From Babesia bigemina (Eukaryota), in the NCBI RefSeq assembly GCF_000981445.1, contig NC_027219.1, positions 372,001 through 436,000 of the forward strand: DNA of 64,000 nucleotides, written 5' to 3'. The position numbers and the translations under genes were made by a program. Every line of letters begins with the position of its first letter. Within the stretch, counting starts at the first letter, position 1. Under the pieces are notes generated by a model. That model was not told the DNA's origin, did no database searches, and saw only the letters and a list, made by a program, of their open reading frames with translations. Below, one piece after another: positions 44,735-57,195 of the stretch.

Positions 44735-45600
44735 TCAGGCGAGCCCCCGCAGAGCTTCGTTGGCGACCTCGTCGACGCGCTTCTCGGATTGCTTGACAAC
44801 GGCATCCACCTCCTTCTGCTGACGGAAGAACATGTCGTCGCTCATGGCCTGGTGCAGGTGCTTCAGCTTCTTTATAACGGCCTGCCTCGTGAGGCGGATC
44901 TGGGTCTTCACCTCGTTCAACGTCTCCTTCACGACGGAACGCGCTTGTCGCACCATCGCCTCCGTCATCGAAGGGACGACCACTGACACGCGGTCGGCCA
45001 TCATAGACACCTTGTAGTCCACTAGCTTCGTGCTGAGACTGACGAAAATGGCGTCCAGGTGGACTGCCGACAGCGGCACCACGTGCAACTCATACGGGCC
45101 CTTCGACATTATCTGCGCGACGTACTGCAGTTGCTTTTCTTTCGAATCGCCCGGCAGCTCCACCGTCAGCGACTCAATCAGCGACGGAGTTGCACGGTGC
45201 AAGGCGAGGCGGCTTATTTTGTTGCTCAGAAACTGCTCGCTCTCCTTCAGCTTGGAACGCAAACCGGCGAACACGGCCTCCAGGTCAGCTTCGCTCACGA
45301 AAAATTCCTCCACTTCATCGTCATCCGATCTGCCGTCCGAACCACCTTTACCAGTGCGCCCCTGGCTCCTGTTCTTCTTCTTACGGCTGGCATCCAGCTG
45401 CTGCAGACAGCGCGGAGCCGCGGGGCGCCTCGATACGAACGCGCATACCCTGTAGACGATAATTAAGCGGCGAGTGGTACTAACCCAGCTCTAGAAAGCG
45501 GATACGCGCTTAGCGCTGCAGCCAAGAGGTCGTGCCGTAGCGAAAACGCCAGCGCAATCACGAGCCATATGACCTGCGCCAGCCTCCACCGTGGCACCAT
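44735..45600 (-). CDS. Ribosome recycling factor, apicoplast-type leader
   Basis: HRATPSLIESLTV, VVVPSMTE, KTQIRLTRQ RRF pattern; signal peptide plus basic transit region in upstream exons. Confidence 0.8.
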
Positions 45601-45869
45601 GCAGGCAGCGCCCGGGCGAGCCTCCCGAGTGGCGGATTCCTGGACTTATATAATGCTCGGTTCACTAAACTGCGCCGTTAATCAAAACTGGGCCCGTGTG
45701 GTGGACGCGCAGTCCCCTTTAAGGCAGCAAGCACACCGACACGGCGCGTGACGCCGGCTCACTTCGTTCTGGTCAAACCGCCTACACATCCGCGCCAAAC
45801 CGCGGAAAAGTCGCCAGGTGTGGCGGCAGAGGGTGACAGAATGCACGACTGCCAACACATCACCCAAAA

Positions 45870-47510
45870 ATGACGGAACACGCAGTCGCAGACCTGGCGG
45901 ATACTGTCTGCTGGGTACTGGGAGAAATCGAACACATGATAGACCCAGATTTGCCCCCCCTTACAACACCAGAGCCACCTAGGTATATCGATAAGGTGCC
46001 TCAGTGTCACATGGATGCGTGGAAGGACTTCCGTAAATGGGTGATAGCCGAAGTTCCGACCTGTAGGTTGCAACCGCATAACGCGCATGATGCACGCAGG
46101 CGATGCTCAGCCCAAGTTCCGTGTCAACGAGGAGCTGAACGAAAAGATATTCATCGGTAACTGTGACATCCTGCAGCTCGAGGTGGGCGCCACCGCCGTC
46201 TTCGTCGACGAGTTTATGCCGCATGCATCAAGAACGGCGCGGCGCATACAAACACGTAGGTCGTAATGGGGAAAAGTAATGGCGCCCAGAGTATGGTAAC
46301 GACATCCCGTACGAGGAACTTGGCCGGCTGCGCTGCGGTGATGTCATGCTGCGGCGCAGCTATAACATCGGCAGCGAGCACGTGGTTTACGCCGTATCAC
46401 CGCGCTACTCCGCCAAGTATCCGGACGCCTCCGCGAACATTCTAAACATGTGCGTACGCGAGACGCTCAAGGCCGCCATCGCAGCAGGGGTGGACTCGGT
46501 GGCATTCCCACTGGCCATGGGCAGGGAGGTGACGTACCCAGACAGAGAGTTCGCAACTGCGGTCCTGCGAGCGGTCAGGCGTTGGCTCGAGGTGCCGAAG
46601 GTGGCAACCAATATCGCACGGGTTTTCTTCTTCGGAGTGGATGAAGAAGCCTACCGCCTCATGCAGCGCTTCTTCCCCAGGGACCAGACAGAAGAGAAAT
46701 TGAGCGCGGAGATTTCGGACGCAGGAAACGAGTTCGGCGAAATCGTCAAGGAGGAACGAAATATACGCATATCAGCGGGATTACGAGGTGACAGCGTGGA
46801 GAGTGACGGCACCGCGGCCAAAACAATGCACATCAATGCCCCGCTGGCCAACTTCAGCGGCAATTGCAGAGTTGGCAGCGACAGGCAGCTGTCGGCCAAG
46901 GACTACGACTTCGACTATTACTGCAGGCTCTCGCTCTCTCTGATGCGGACGCCAGTCTACAGGGAAATGGACACCAGCAAGTTTGCGTTGCTGCTCGGCC
47001 GCGACGTTGCGCAACGCCCGGTCATCGCAATAGACGCGGCCAGAATGCCCAGCAGCATCAGCAACACGCATGCTGTCGCCTACGTGCTACGAATCATGCA
47101 GCCGATCTTGCAGAACAAGTTTGCCATGCTGCTACTCAACATGGGTAGGCACCTTGCCGGGTAGATTAATGCCGCCGCAGACAGCTCGCTCATCGCGGCG
47201 GGCAGCGTGTGCTCAGTCGCAAGTCAGCTCTTCCAGGTGCTGGGCGACGTGCGCCTGGGAAACCTCGGGGTGGTGTACGTCCACCGTGCCGGGTGGGCCA
47301 CCCGCGGAATGCTGTACGTCATGATGGTTCTCCTCCCGGATGCCGTCAGAGACTCAGTTACCTACGTCGACACCGCTGAGGTACGTTGACACACATCTAC
47401 GGAATCCTTCGCGCAACGAAGGAAAGCTCGACGGCTGCTTCGGCAAAATGGTGTGGCGACGTTCCGTGACTCGGAGAGTCCGTCGCAACCTGCCACGGTC
47501 ATTTACATAA
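45870..47510 (+). CDS. GDAP2-like protein (macro domain + CRAL-TRIO), multi-exon
   Basis: FRVNEELNERIFIG, HVVYAVSPRYSAKY, TAVLRAVRRWLE, MQRFFPRD, GNEFGEIVKEERNIRI, GRDVAQRPVI, VYVHRA; the 3' end is approximate. Confidence 0.83.
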
Positions 47511-47676
47511 CTGAATGCATCACAAAAACAAGCGAAACTAAGCGACACATTGCGACACAGGAGCTCAAGAAATACATCGAGCTCCCTAATAACAACAAGA
47601 GGCATTGAAGGAGCGGCAGCGGCACACACCGTCGTCGAAACATTTAACCACTGCACGAATTATACCTATAATTACC

Positions 47677-48156
47677 ATGGTGGTGTTTGGCATATTTGCA
47701 CGAGCGCAGCTCGAAAATGTCGCGGAGCTCAGGATTCCGGAAAGGCACTTATGGACATTCTCGCTCAAGGACTCTACCAGCGACGAGACACGCGACTTCG
47801 TCACCATCAGCGATGAGGAGCTCGTTGAAACCGGGAACACGCGAAACGTCGTGCACGGGTGCATCTTTTTCAAAGAATCCAACCGCAGGGGCACCATCGC
47901 CATCAAGACCATCAAGGATGTCACGAAAAACGCAATCACTGAATCAAACACGTTCACCTGCATTGGCGCCTTCGACTGCAGGGGAATCGACATCACCAAG
48001 TGGTACCCACGAGGCGGATACCAGGTCGTCTGCGAGAGCGGCGCGGTCATAAACGACGTAGAGTTCGACGCCTCCGGTGCGTGGGTAGGATTCGACGAGA
48101 AGGCGGGAACCTCAGTATCCGTCATGGAACTGGACTACGAGATAAGGACGCTCTAA
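47677..48156 (+). CDS. CZIB / UPF0587 (DUF866) family protein
   Basis: AQLENV, FDCRGIDITKWYP, ESG, WVGFDEKAGTSVSV. Confidence 0.85.
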   Translation: MVVFGIFARAQLENVAELRIPERHLWTFSLKDSTSDETRDFVTISDEELVETGNTRNVVHGCIFFKESNRRGTIAIKTIKDVTKNAITESNTFTCIGAFDCRGIDITKWYPRGGYQVVCESGAVINDVEFDASGAWVGFDEKAGTSVSVMELDYEIRTL

Positions 48157-48560
48157 CTGTGCCGTAACCGGCTGCTTGTAGCACTCTGCCAACGGAGCGA
48201 GGCTGAACTGACGGAGTTGTATCTTAATATGCGACGAATGTACAAATCCATGAACGGGGTATTGGTCACTATGTCCAGCCATCCCTTCAGTTGGCGTGTT
48301 TAGATGGCAGGCCGATTGCATCCAATGCAGCAGGTGCAAACCATACGCTGCTGATGGCAAGTGAGCGCCAATGGGGCCACAAACACTGCTGCTTGAATGC
48401 GCCCACCCCACCGGACTGCGACGGGGTGGAGATGATGCCTTTTACGTATAACATCTCCAGCATATAAAATGCGGCACCAGTTGCCACAAGATTAACATTA
48501 GCGATAACTTGTTATCACGCGGCTAAAAATGCTACGTTGCCCGGTGGGGCAGACTCGCAA

Positions 48561-50919
48561 TCACGCGGTGTCCATGTAACTGCCCGCCGAAGGTGGCGAG
48601 CATCCACCCACGGACTCCGCCTTCTCCACACGGTACAGGTACTCCGTGGCCAAGTCGTCCATGAGGGCCTCCGGAGACGACTCGGAGAGCACCTGGAGCA
48701 GCAGAATCCAACGCTTCACGGTGCTTTCTTCCTCGGCGCTCCAATAGTACGTCCGCTTGGCCCGGGTCGTCACGGAGAATACGTTCGGGCGGCCCATGTA
48801 GTGGCCGACCCAGTTGATGCGCGCGTCCATTAAACTGATGGTTGCCTTGGGGCGGGTGTCATCCCGGCTGTCGTAGTAGTGCATATTGCCGTCGCAAATC
48901 ATGATGTATCTGATGTTCCACTGGTAGAAGAAGGTGCCACCCAACTTGTAGAGATAACCCGTGAACATCGATGGGGTGTAGCGCTCTGCAGCTGCGGCCA
49001 GAGGCGCGACCGTCTCATCCACGTCGCCGAGCGACGAACTGGAGTGATCGCCCCTTTCTGAGTCCATCGGCTCCGATTCTTCATTATCGATCGAAGAGCC
49101 CGGTACTTTGTATTCAATGATTGCCGAATGATCATCGGGAATCGGTAGGACGTCCTCAGCCTCGATGCGGAACTGCGATGCACGATCCTCGTGTACATGA
49201 CGATAGCCATGCTCCTCCATGGACCCAGACTTCCTGCTACCGCTGGAGGCAGGCCCAGTGGAAGACGATACATATTCGTCCTCATGTTTCAAGGCAGAAA
49301 CTGCACGGACGGCGCTGCTGGATGTGTAAACCGTTGACAACGACGGACGCCTGCTAGGCACACTTGCCATCGTGGAATTCGCGTCCTCCAGCTCCTCCAT
49401 GCAATCCCAGAACTCTTCCTCGCCGGTGACGCTCCGGAATGATTTAGCTGTCACTACTCGAACAGCTCGGGAGACGTAGGCGCCACCTACAGCGCCGTCC
49501 TGAGTGTCTCTGCGGATGTCGCTGAATGCGGCGGAAAGAACGCTGCGGTAACCCCTGGGATCAGTGGATTCCTGTGGAACCGCAGCATCATTTGCTTTGC
49601 TTGATGGTACGGGCACTTGTTGGCGCACAACGCCAGCGGATTTTGCCGGCACGGGAGCTGGAACATGAACACGAGCCGGTGATGTAGCAGTAGCAGAAAC
49701 TGTAGCACGAGCAGGAGAAGCAGCAGGAACATGAACACGAGCAGGCGAGGTAGCAGTAGCAGAAACTGGAACACGAGCTGGAACTGGAGCTGGAACATGA
49801 ACATGAGCAGCAGCAGGAACCTGAACCGGAACACGATCAGGCACAGCAGCGGCAGGAGTACGAGCAGCAGCGGCACGAGCAGGAGCCTCTGGGGAACTTT
49901 TCTCAACCTCTTGAGGCTTCACTGCAGTTTCTACCATAGACGGAGATTTTGCTTCACGCTGCTTCTCTTCAAAGCTAGACGAGCTTGAAGCCTTTGGCGT
50001 ATCTTGCGCCGGCAACTCCTGGCTATCTCGGAAAATGTGACCGTACTGCTCCCGGAAATTCTGGTTTAACACGTCGTAGCATTCCTGCTCCTTCATCCGC
50101 AAATATTTGATGTCGGCGTTGTACCATTCGTCGATGGAGCACATGGCGGTACATACGTACAACATCAACTTGTCCTGTAGGTAGTTCACCAGGTAGTTCT
50201 CCACGCGCGAGGATAAGAAGCCAAAGTACGGAATATCCACTTTCAGAACCTTGTGCGCAATTACACCCACGCTACCCGGCTGCTTCCACCAGCCGGGTTT
50301 CATTGGCAGCGCGTCTGTGTGTTGCGATTCTTTCACAGTCACGTCAAACTGCGAGTCGTACAGCTTGCACTTCTTAAACTCGGTGATATCCAACACAATC
50401 ACCTTGCGGCGGGACAGGTCCTTGTCGTTGAGATTCAGTGCATTCTCCTGCGGTTCGAGGCCTTCATTCGTTATCGACTCAAAGCAAAATTCAAACGTCA
50501 GCTTCTTGTTGGAGTAGCTGGTCATGGTATACGGGAACACTGACCACCTGCACAACCGTGGAAGTAGACGATAAAAAAACGTACGAATGCTCACTCACAA
50601 TCGTCAGTTCCCTACCCAGGAGCGACTGCAACCACGACGGCAGACTCCTGAACCAAATGTGCCTATGGACGCATGAACGTACTTGCCGAAGTAAAACCGC
50701 TTCTCCATCAGACGACCGAGCACACCATCTTGCTCGCATAGCTCGTTCCTCGATATCTCGAAGCCGCCGCCGCTCTCCACCTCCTTCATACTGGCCTTAG
50801 TCACCAAGTACACGCAGCAGCGCTCGTACATCTGAGCAAACATGAACGCCAAACACAGCGAGGCCTAAACGTACCTCGAGCGTCAGAGGGAGGGGGATCT
50901 GGAACTCGATGACCTTCAT
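48561..50919 (-). CDS. Phosphatidylinositol transfer protein with C-terminal PH domain, multi-exon
   Basis: MKVIEFQIPLPLTLE, GGGFEISRNE, WSVFPYTMTSYS, ENALNL, PMKPGW, CSIDEWY; PH domain GYLYKLGG..WNIRY...VKRWILLL. Confidence 0.88.
49655..49885 (-). repeat. Degenerate coding tandem repeat (Pro/Ala/Val-rich linker; 66-nt period)
   Basis: VSATATSPARVHVPA occurs twice 22 codons apart, among shorter PARV/VPAP units. Confidence 0.8.
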
Positions 50920-52074
50920 TTTGATGCGATCGGCGGTGACACAACTCGCAAAAAAACGCGCAGGGTGTCAACGACGCCTAGCAGGCAAAGCCGCGCTACA
51001 CAAATAGCGATATGCCAGCCGCGGTTTTACAAGGGCTGTCATACGCGTGCTTGGCGGCAATGTACCATACGCATAGTCCCAGCACATCAGCACTCATGCC
51101 AACGTGACGGTGCGCGACGCGCGCCCCGTGAAAGGATGATGGATGCGGCACCACGACACAACACGATTTTTTAAGCGTACATTTCTATACGCAGTGCCAT
51201 TTGACTTGGATCTGCCATAGGATCCAACGCGCTGCCATAGTGTGTTAGTGGATGGCTTCTCGTGAGCCAATACCGTTCACCACTCAAGTGCCGAGGTGTG
51301 TTGACCGGCCATCGAAAGCCGCATCGCGCAGTGAGCTGTGTCGATGTAAACAATTGAGCCGACACTCCAAATAAAAGACGCAAAAGCGACAGCCAAAGAC
51401 CATGGGTACGAAGGCGGCAAGGTGGAGCCGACACCAAGTTATAATACGTGTATACTCTCTCATACGTCAAATTGCACATATGCACGCCCGCTTTGGCAGC
51501 GGGATATGCCGCAAAACATGACAACGCATAGCCATCGGTTACCGACTTCGTAGGTAGCGAAACGTCGCCAGCTGAGGATGCAAGGCCCTGATGCGACCAA
51601 CTACACAAAAACCCCGCGTTGCACCTAACATGAGATCTCCCACCGTTTCAATACGACTGTCGGCGAGAGAGGCAGAACGGCAATGTGTGTCAGTAGGCAG
51701 GCGTTACCGTGCCGGAAACCGTCAGCCCAAATTGTGACGTCAATAAGGTATTGTGATGCTGCAAACAAGTTTGGGGTTGCTTAAACCGAAGCCTTAACTA
51801 TAGCGAATTCACCGGTCTGGGAACTCTACCAGCCCACCACTTGCACGATAATATGGGACGCGCAGAGGTCATCGTAGAACATCAGCGGCCCGGCAAACAG
51901 GCGTCACTCAATAACCAGCCGGTGAATTAAGACGCTCGCTGCGATTTTATTCGCTTCGTAACCGCCTCAGGCTTACCCAGTCCACTCCACACAGGACAGT
52001 GTGTACAACTACACACTGGTCTTCGTTAATACATACGGGACGCAAGTTAGATTGGCGACAACAAGGATTCTACT

Positions 52075-52654
52075 ATGGCGGATCAGTTGAGTGAGGAGCA
52101 AATTGCCGAATTCAAGGAGGCCTTCTCCCTGTTCGACAGGGACGGTGACGGAAGTGAGTTGCACGTCTGGGACGACCAACCTACGCAGGCATCACGACCA
52201 AGGAACTGGGCACCGTCATGCGTTCGCTCGGACAGAACCCTACCGAGGCGGAGCTGGCGGACATGATCAACGACATAGACAGCAGCGGCTCGGGAGCCAT
52301 TGACTTCCCTGAATTCCTCATCCTCATGGCCAGGAAGATGAAGGAAGGCGACACTGAAGAGGAGCTCGTACAGGCGTTCAAGGTGTTCGACAGAGATGGT
52401 AACGGTATGTCCACACAGTCCCTATAGAACTGCTAAGACGCTACGCGGTGGTTGCCAGTTACATTCGACATTCACAAACACCCCTTTACATACACGCAGG
52501 GTTCATCAGTGCGCAAGAACTCAGGCATGTTATGACCAACCTCGGTGAGAAACTCACCAACGAGGAAGTCGAGGAGATGCTCCGCGAAGCCGACGTAGAC
52601 GGCGACGGCAAAATCAACTATGAAGAATTCGTCAAGCTTATGATATCGAAGTGA
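52075..52654 (+). CDS. CaM: Calmodulin, 3 exons
   Basis: [21 protein letters not shown] and four EF-hands; introns 52154-52188 and 52405-52499. Confidence 0.98.
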
Positions 52655-52929
52655 GCTCCCAGTAGACCGACGTGAATAGCCAAAAAGCAATCTCATAACC
52701 ACTTTAATGTCGTCGGAAAGCTTCTCTTTGTCCATTGCAGACAAATGTGCAAAACCTATACCCCCATATGCCACCATCTAGCAGCGCCGAATGACGCTTT
52801 GCCGCCGTCATACGGCTTCCATAGGGTTACCGGCGTGTAGAGAAGCGTCTAAAACGCTAGAAGACGCCTGAAACAGTTTACACATCTCAACGTCTGCTCG
52901 GCACCGCCCGAGCGCGCGCCGCTGGCATC

Positions 52930-53783
52930 ATGGACGATTCGCCGGGGAAAATCGCCTGCGGCAAATTCACGCTGCTAGTAGGCTTGGTCAAGATCGGCCA
53001 GGAGTACGTTGGAGACGCCGAAAGCGAGGATGGAATCGCCGCCATCAAGGACCGCATCATGCACAAAGTGCTGAACATAAACAACTATATCAAGTCGCTA
53101 TGTGACTTCTATGACCGTGAGAAGGCTTCAGGTAGGCATAAGCTGACTATGTGTCATGCACCGCAGCTCAAGCCGGCCGCCAGAATGCGGAGGATGTCAG
53201 CAAAACTGCCCAGCATACGGCCATGAACCTCGAAAAGTTTGTCTCCAGGAACGAGTTCTTCGTCTACTCGGTATCGGTCACGCTGAACCCGCGGGTTCGC
53301 ACCCCGGCGGACCTCCACAGGGACAGCGGCGAGGGCGATGGCGTATGCACGATCACAGTCAAGCTGCCACGGGATAAGCAGCGCCAGGCGTTCTACATCC
53401 GGCTCATGCTCAAGCTTATATCGAAACACTCCCTAATGCTCAAGTTGACCCCAGAAAGGGCAACGCAGGCTGCACGGCAGGCCAAAAAGGAAACTGACGA
53501 GCCCGAAGCGTCGCCGCAGCAGAAGAGCACGGAGGCGACCGCTGGGTACTTCGATGACGATGACAAGGGCGGTGCGCAGGGCGCACAGGACTGCCGATAC
53601 GTCAGGGCAGGCATGAACTCCTTCAGCTCGTATTCATTCTTCAACCAGAGCTCGATGATACTTAGCAAGTATGTCAACAGCAACGTCGTATTGCGCGAGG
53701 ACGACCAGGTGATGGCAGAGCGGCTCCTACGGGAGAAGCAAAAGAAGCGGCGAGAGCTGCAGCTGAACAGAGGAAGCACGTAG
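52930..53783 (+). CDS. Hypothetical protein, 2 exons
   Basis: Two ORFs joined in frame by GT-AG intron 53132-53166; no family recognised. Confidence 0.7.
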
Positions 53784-54082
53784 CGGCTCGCCGGCGCCAA
53801 GGAAGCGATGATAGTCGCCACAGGCAATGCAGCAGCCTACGCCCCCGAAAATGCACTATACATACCCCTAATCGTACCAAAACAAGCACAAATGCGTAGC
53901 GATGCTGATACACATTAGGGCAGTGTTTCTTGTTGGGTAGTGTGTGGTACGTGGCCCCGTGTGGCGGAGGCCGGCGTTTGCGCATGCCGGAGGCCTTGCC
54001 TCGAACACCGCAGACGCTGGCAGCGATTTGAACACCTTCCGGCCGCATGGCGGATTGAACGCCGCGACGAATACGTACAAAA

Positions 54083-55129
54083 TTAAAGTTTCATGGCCGT
54101 ATGCGATCTGCCAACTGTTTTTATCTTTATGATCGTGTCGGTCACGCAGTACTGGAACACGTTTAGCACCAGAGGCGCGCCAACCATAACGAACAACAGC
54201 TTCAAAGTGTGCCTTTTCTCGAAGAAACCCAAAATGAAGTCGCCGATGGAGTTTATGCTACCCGAAAATATGGTAAAGACGGCTATGCTGAAAACCTTTA
54301 GGCTGCACACTATCGCCATCCAAGATAGCAGGTTATCCACGAACTTTTCGTTGCCCATGTCACGAGCCCATTCGTTGGGCGACGTCACCAACCGCACCAG
54401 GTGGCGCCAAAGCCGACGACGCCAGCCCCCCTCCACACCAAACTCGAACGTCTCAAAGACATTGTCGCATTCATCACGGCCAGGCATGTGGCCCTCCAGG
54501 TCGGTCTCGTTCATGCCAATCGGAGAGCCAGACGACAGCGCGACAGTGGCGATGCGCGTAGCATCATCCAACTCCTCAGTGGTGGGCGTGAACACGGACT
54601 TGCGGGTGCGCTGCAAATAGTGGTGCGCCTCCTTGCGAATTGCCAGATAACGCACGATCTTGTACTCCAGAAAGATCCCGATCGTCGCATCGAAGAGGGT
54701 CGTCATGAAGTAGAGGTTGCACTCGTCACCCACCTCGCCGGACCCGTCGTGCAGCCGCTGAATCATAATCGAAGACAAGATGTTCACCACGTGAACGGTA
54801 CCGGAACCGCACATCAACGTGATGAAGTCCATCAAAAACGCCGGCAAAGAACGCCTTGGAGTCTCCATCCTGTACTTCAAAAACACAACCGCGATGGAGA
54901 TTATGCAGAGAAACAGCTGGATAGAAAGTCCAAATAACCCGGGAAGAAGCGTACAACGGCCCCCTTCATCTGCATCCTTTACTAGTTGGCTAAGGCTGCT
55001 CGCAGCAGCTGATGCTGCTGCGGCGGCAACCAGCGGTTTAGACACGGAAGCGGAAATGGTTTTCCCTGCCGACGCTGCCGAGCCAACAGCCGGCGCAGGA
55101 GCAGGCACCTCATTATTCAGCGAAGCCAT
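54083..55129 (-). CDS. STIMATE/TMEM110 (YPL162C-like) multi-pass membrane protein
   Basis: CTLLPGLFGLSIQ, KYRMETPRRS..FLMD, HVVNI, DECNLYF..LFDATIG, LLFVM..PLVLNVFQYCVTDTIIK. Confidence 0.85.
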   Translation of the reverse strand: MASLNNEVPAPAPAVGSAASAGKTISASVSKPLVAAAAASAAASSLSQLVKDADEGGRCTLLPGLFGLSIQLFLCIISIAVVFLKYRMETPRRSLPAFLMDFITLMCGSGTVHVVNILSSIMIQRLHDGSGEVGDECNLYFMTTLFDATIGIFLEYKIVRYLAIRKEAHHYLQRTRKSVFTPTTEELDDATRIATVALSSGSPIGMNETDLEGHMPGRDECDNVFETFEFGVEGGWRRRLWRHLVRLVTSPNEWARDMGNEKFVDNLLSWMAIVCSLKVFSIAVFTIFSGSINSIGDFILGFFEKRHTLKLLFVMVGAPLVLNVFQYCVTDTIIKIKTVGRSHTAMKL

Positions 55130-56252
55130 GTCGTACAGTCATGTCGGAATACGTTACATCGTGCGTAAACACGGGAAGTCCGCGACGTGTCGGCCAAAGC
55201 CTACGCGGTGGCCAAAACGACAGCACCGCAGTAGGGCAATACACGGAACTTCCCGTGACTACCCGGACCTCCGATAAACCCTTCAGACGCAAAAATACCT
55301 ATTGCCCTCGCCTTCTATTGTACTATGAGGTAACGCGCTACACAGGAGCAACTGGCGCACACACGGCACCACGGCATTATCGGCAGTGACAACCAATACA
55401 GCTATAGAACGCAGCTTGACCCCAAACGCGTGTGTTGTGAACTGGTGTTGTATCGGAGCGCAACAGCTTAAAAGTTGTTCTCATTACGCCCCGCAAGAAG
55501 CGAAAAAGCACACAGCGAACACTACGGCGCCATGCGGCGTCGAAAATAGACGAAGTGTAGACGGCACAAGACCACCGTGATTAGCAATCGTGATTCTACG
55601 CAGATTCGCGCCGAATCATTATACACATTGGCTTCAGCACACTCCTCAAAGGTGCCGGCGCGGTACGGTATCCACCTCAGTGGACGAACATAACATGGCA
55701 CATTTTTGATAGAGCTGTAGCGCACATACCGGAACTGAACAGCCGTAAATCAGGAGGTCAAGGGGCCTGCGTAGTTAGATAGTGCCTCGGCGCTCGGAGG
55801 GCGCGCACGAAATTATGGCCATCAACTATCACCAAGAGCCGAGTAATTACAGATGATTTGTTCGTTTAAACAGCTCGTTGGCACAGTTATATTCCGAGGA
55901 AACTGTTTTGAAGCCCAGTGGAAGGCTTAGGCAGGCTGCCGATAATGGGGTGAGCTCGCAACCATTACGGAACGGCCACTTGTAGAGGAGCGGGACCACT
56001 AAATCCTTCCGTTACATAAAAACTGTAACTCACGTCAGTTCAGGGGTTGCGAGGTTCGCACGATTAGAGGTACGTCAACGCTGCAATACGCCGTGGTCAC
56101 CCCCAGCGTCGGGACGCGTCACGGCCTTCGCTGATAATACCTCACCACGCCGTCCGTGGGTGGAGGTGGCTCGCAGCGATTAAACCATACCGTTCGCTGA
56201 GCGTTACATTATTTCATAAGCCCCCCGCTCACAGCCCTGCAGAGCAATCAAG

Positions 56253-57113
56253 ATGGTGAAGTACTCCAGGGACCCTTCGAACATCTCCAAGTGTGTCAAG
56301 GCCAAGGGCTCACACCTGCGCGCGCACTTCAAAAACACTTACGAGACTGCGGCGGCCATCCGTGGCATGTCCGTCATCGCTGCCAAGAAGTACCTCCAGG
56401 ACGTCATCGACCACAAGCGTTGTGTGCCTTTCCGCAAGTTCAACGGAGGTGTCGGACGCTGCGCCCAGGCCAAGCAGTTCAAGCACACGCAGGGAAGGTG
56501 GCCCGAGAAGTCATGCCGCATCCTTATCGACCTGCTCGTCAACCTCATGTCCAACGCAGAGGTAGGTTCAGCGCGCACTATCAGCGGAACCACATATGAT
56601 GATACGATGACGAGTATGACGGGCACATCGCCCATTCTCGATGGCCCTGCAAGCCCCGCTTGCTGGCGAGCCAAGGGGATGCGTGTTCTACGCTAAACCG
56701 GACGCAAACCAGCGAGCTCGGTGGGTATGATTATTAGAGGCATTTGTCTGATTGCGGTCAACCTGTGTGCATATCTCAAAGGGCGTTGTGCGCACGCTGC
56801 GTTTATGCCAGTGCTAATCGGTGTTCAGGTTAAGGGACTGGAGACGGACCAGCTCTACATTGAGCACATCCAGATCAACAGGGCACCACTGGGAAGGAGG
56901 CGCTCTTACCGCGCTCACGGTAGGATCATTCCCTTCCTTTCCCACCCCTGCCACGTGGAAATTATCGCTGTTGAGAAGGATGAGACCGTCCCCAAGCACG
57001 TAGATGCTGCCAAGAAGGTCATCAAACTCAACAAACGCCAGCTGGCCAGGTTCAGGCTCAAGGATGCCAGAGCTGCCGCCATGGCTGCCCTCAGGGCATC
57101 TAGGGCGAACTGA
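56253..57113 (+). CDS. RPL17: 60S ribosomal protein L17 (uL22), 2 exons
   Basis: [45 protein letters not shown]; 267-nt intron 56562-56828. Confidence 0.98.
56590..56758 (+). ncRNA. Intronic C/D-box snoRNA, U15/SNORD15-like
   Basis: Box C ATGATGA 56596-56602; guide GATGACGAG before D' ATGA; C' ATGATTA; guide AGAGGCATTTG before box D CTGA 56748-51. Both guides are antisense to the conserved LSU rRNA segment CAAAUGCCUCGUCAUC. Confidence 0.88.
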
Positions 57114-57195
57114 AAATGTAATCCTATTCTGAGTCACACAGTAGCGCGGTCGTAAGTATACTTGTAGCGAGGGGCTTCACGAATGCCCCGCTTAC

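Noticed and set aside
52405..52499. 95-nt calmodulin intron as snoRNA host
   Set aside because: No C/D or H/ACA boxes or convincing stems.
55730..56045. Long-range pairing upstream of RPL17 suggesting SRP or RNase P/MRP RNA
   Set aside because: Pairing relies heavily on G.U, and none of the conserved motifs of these RNAs is present.
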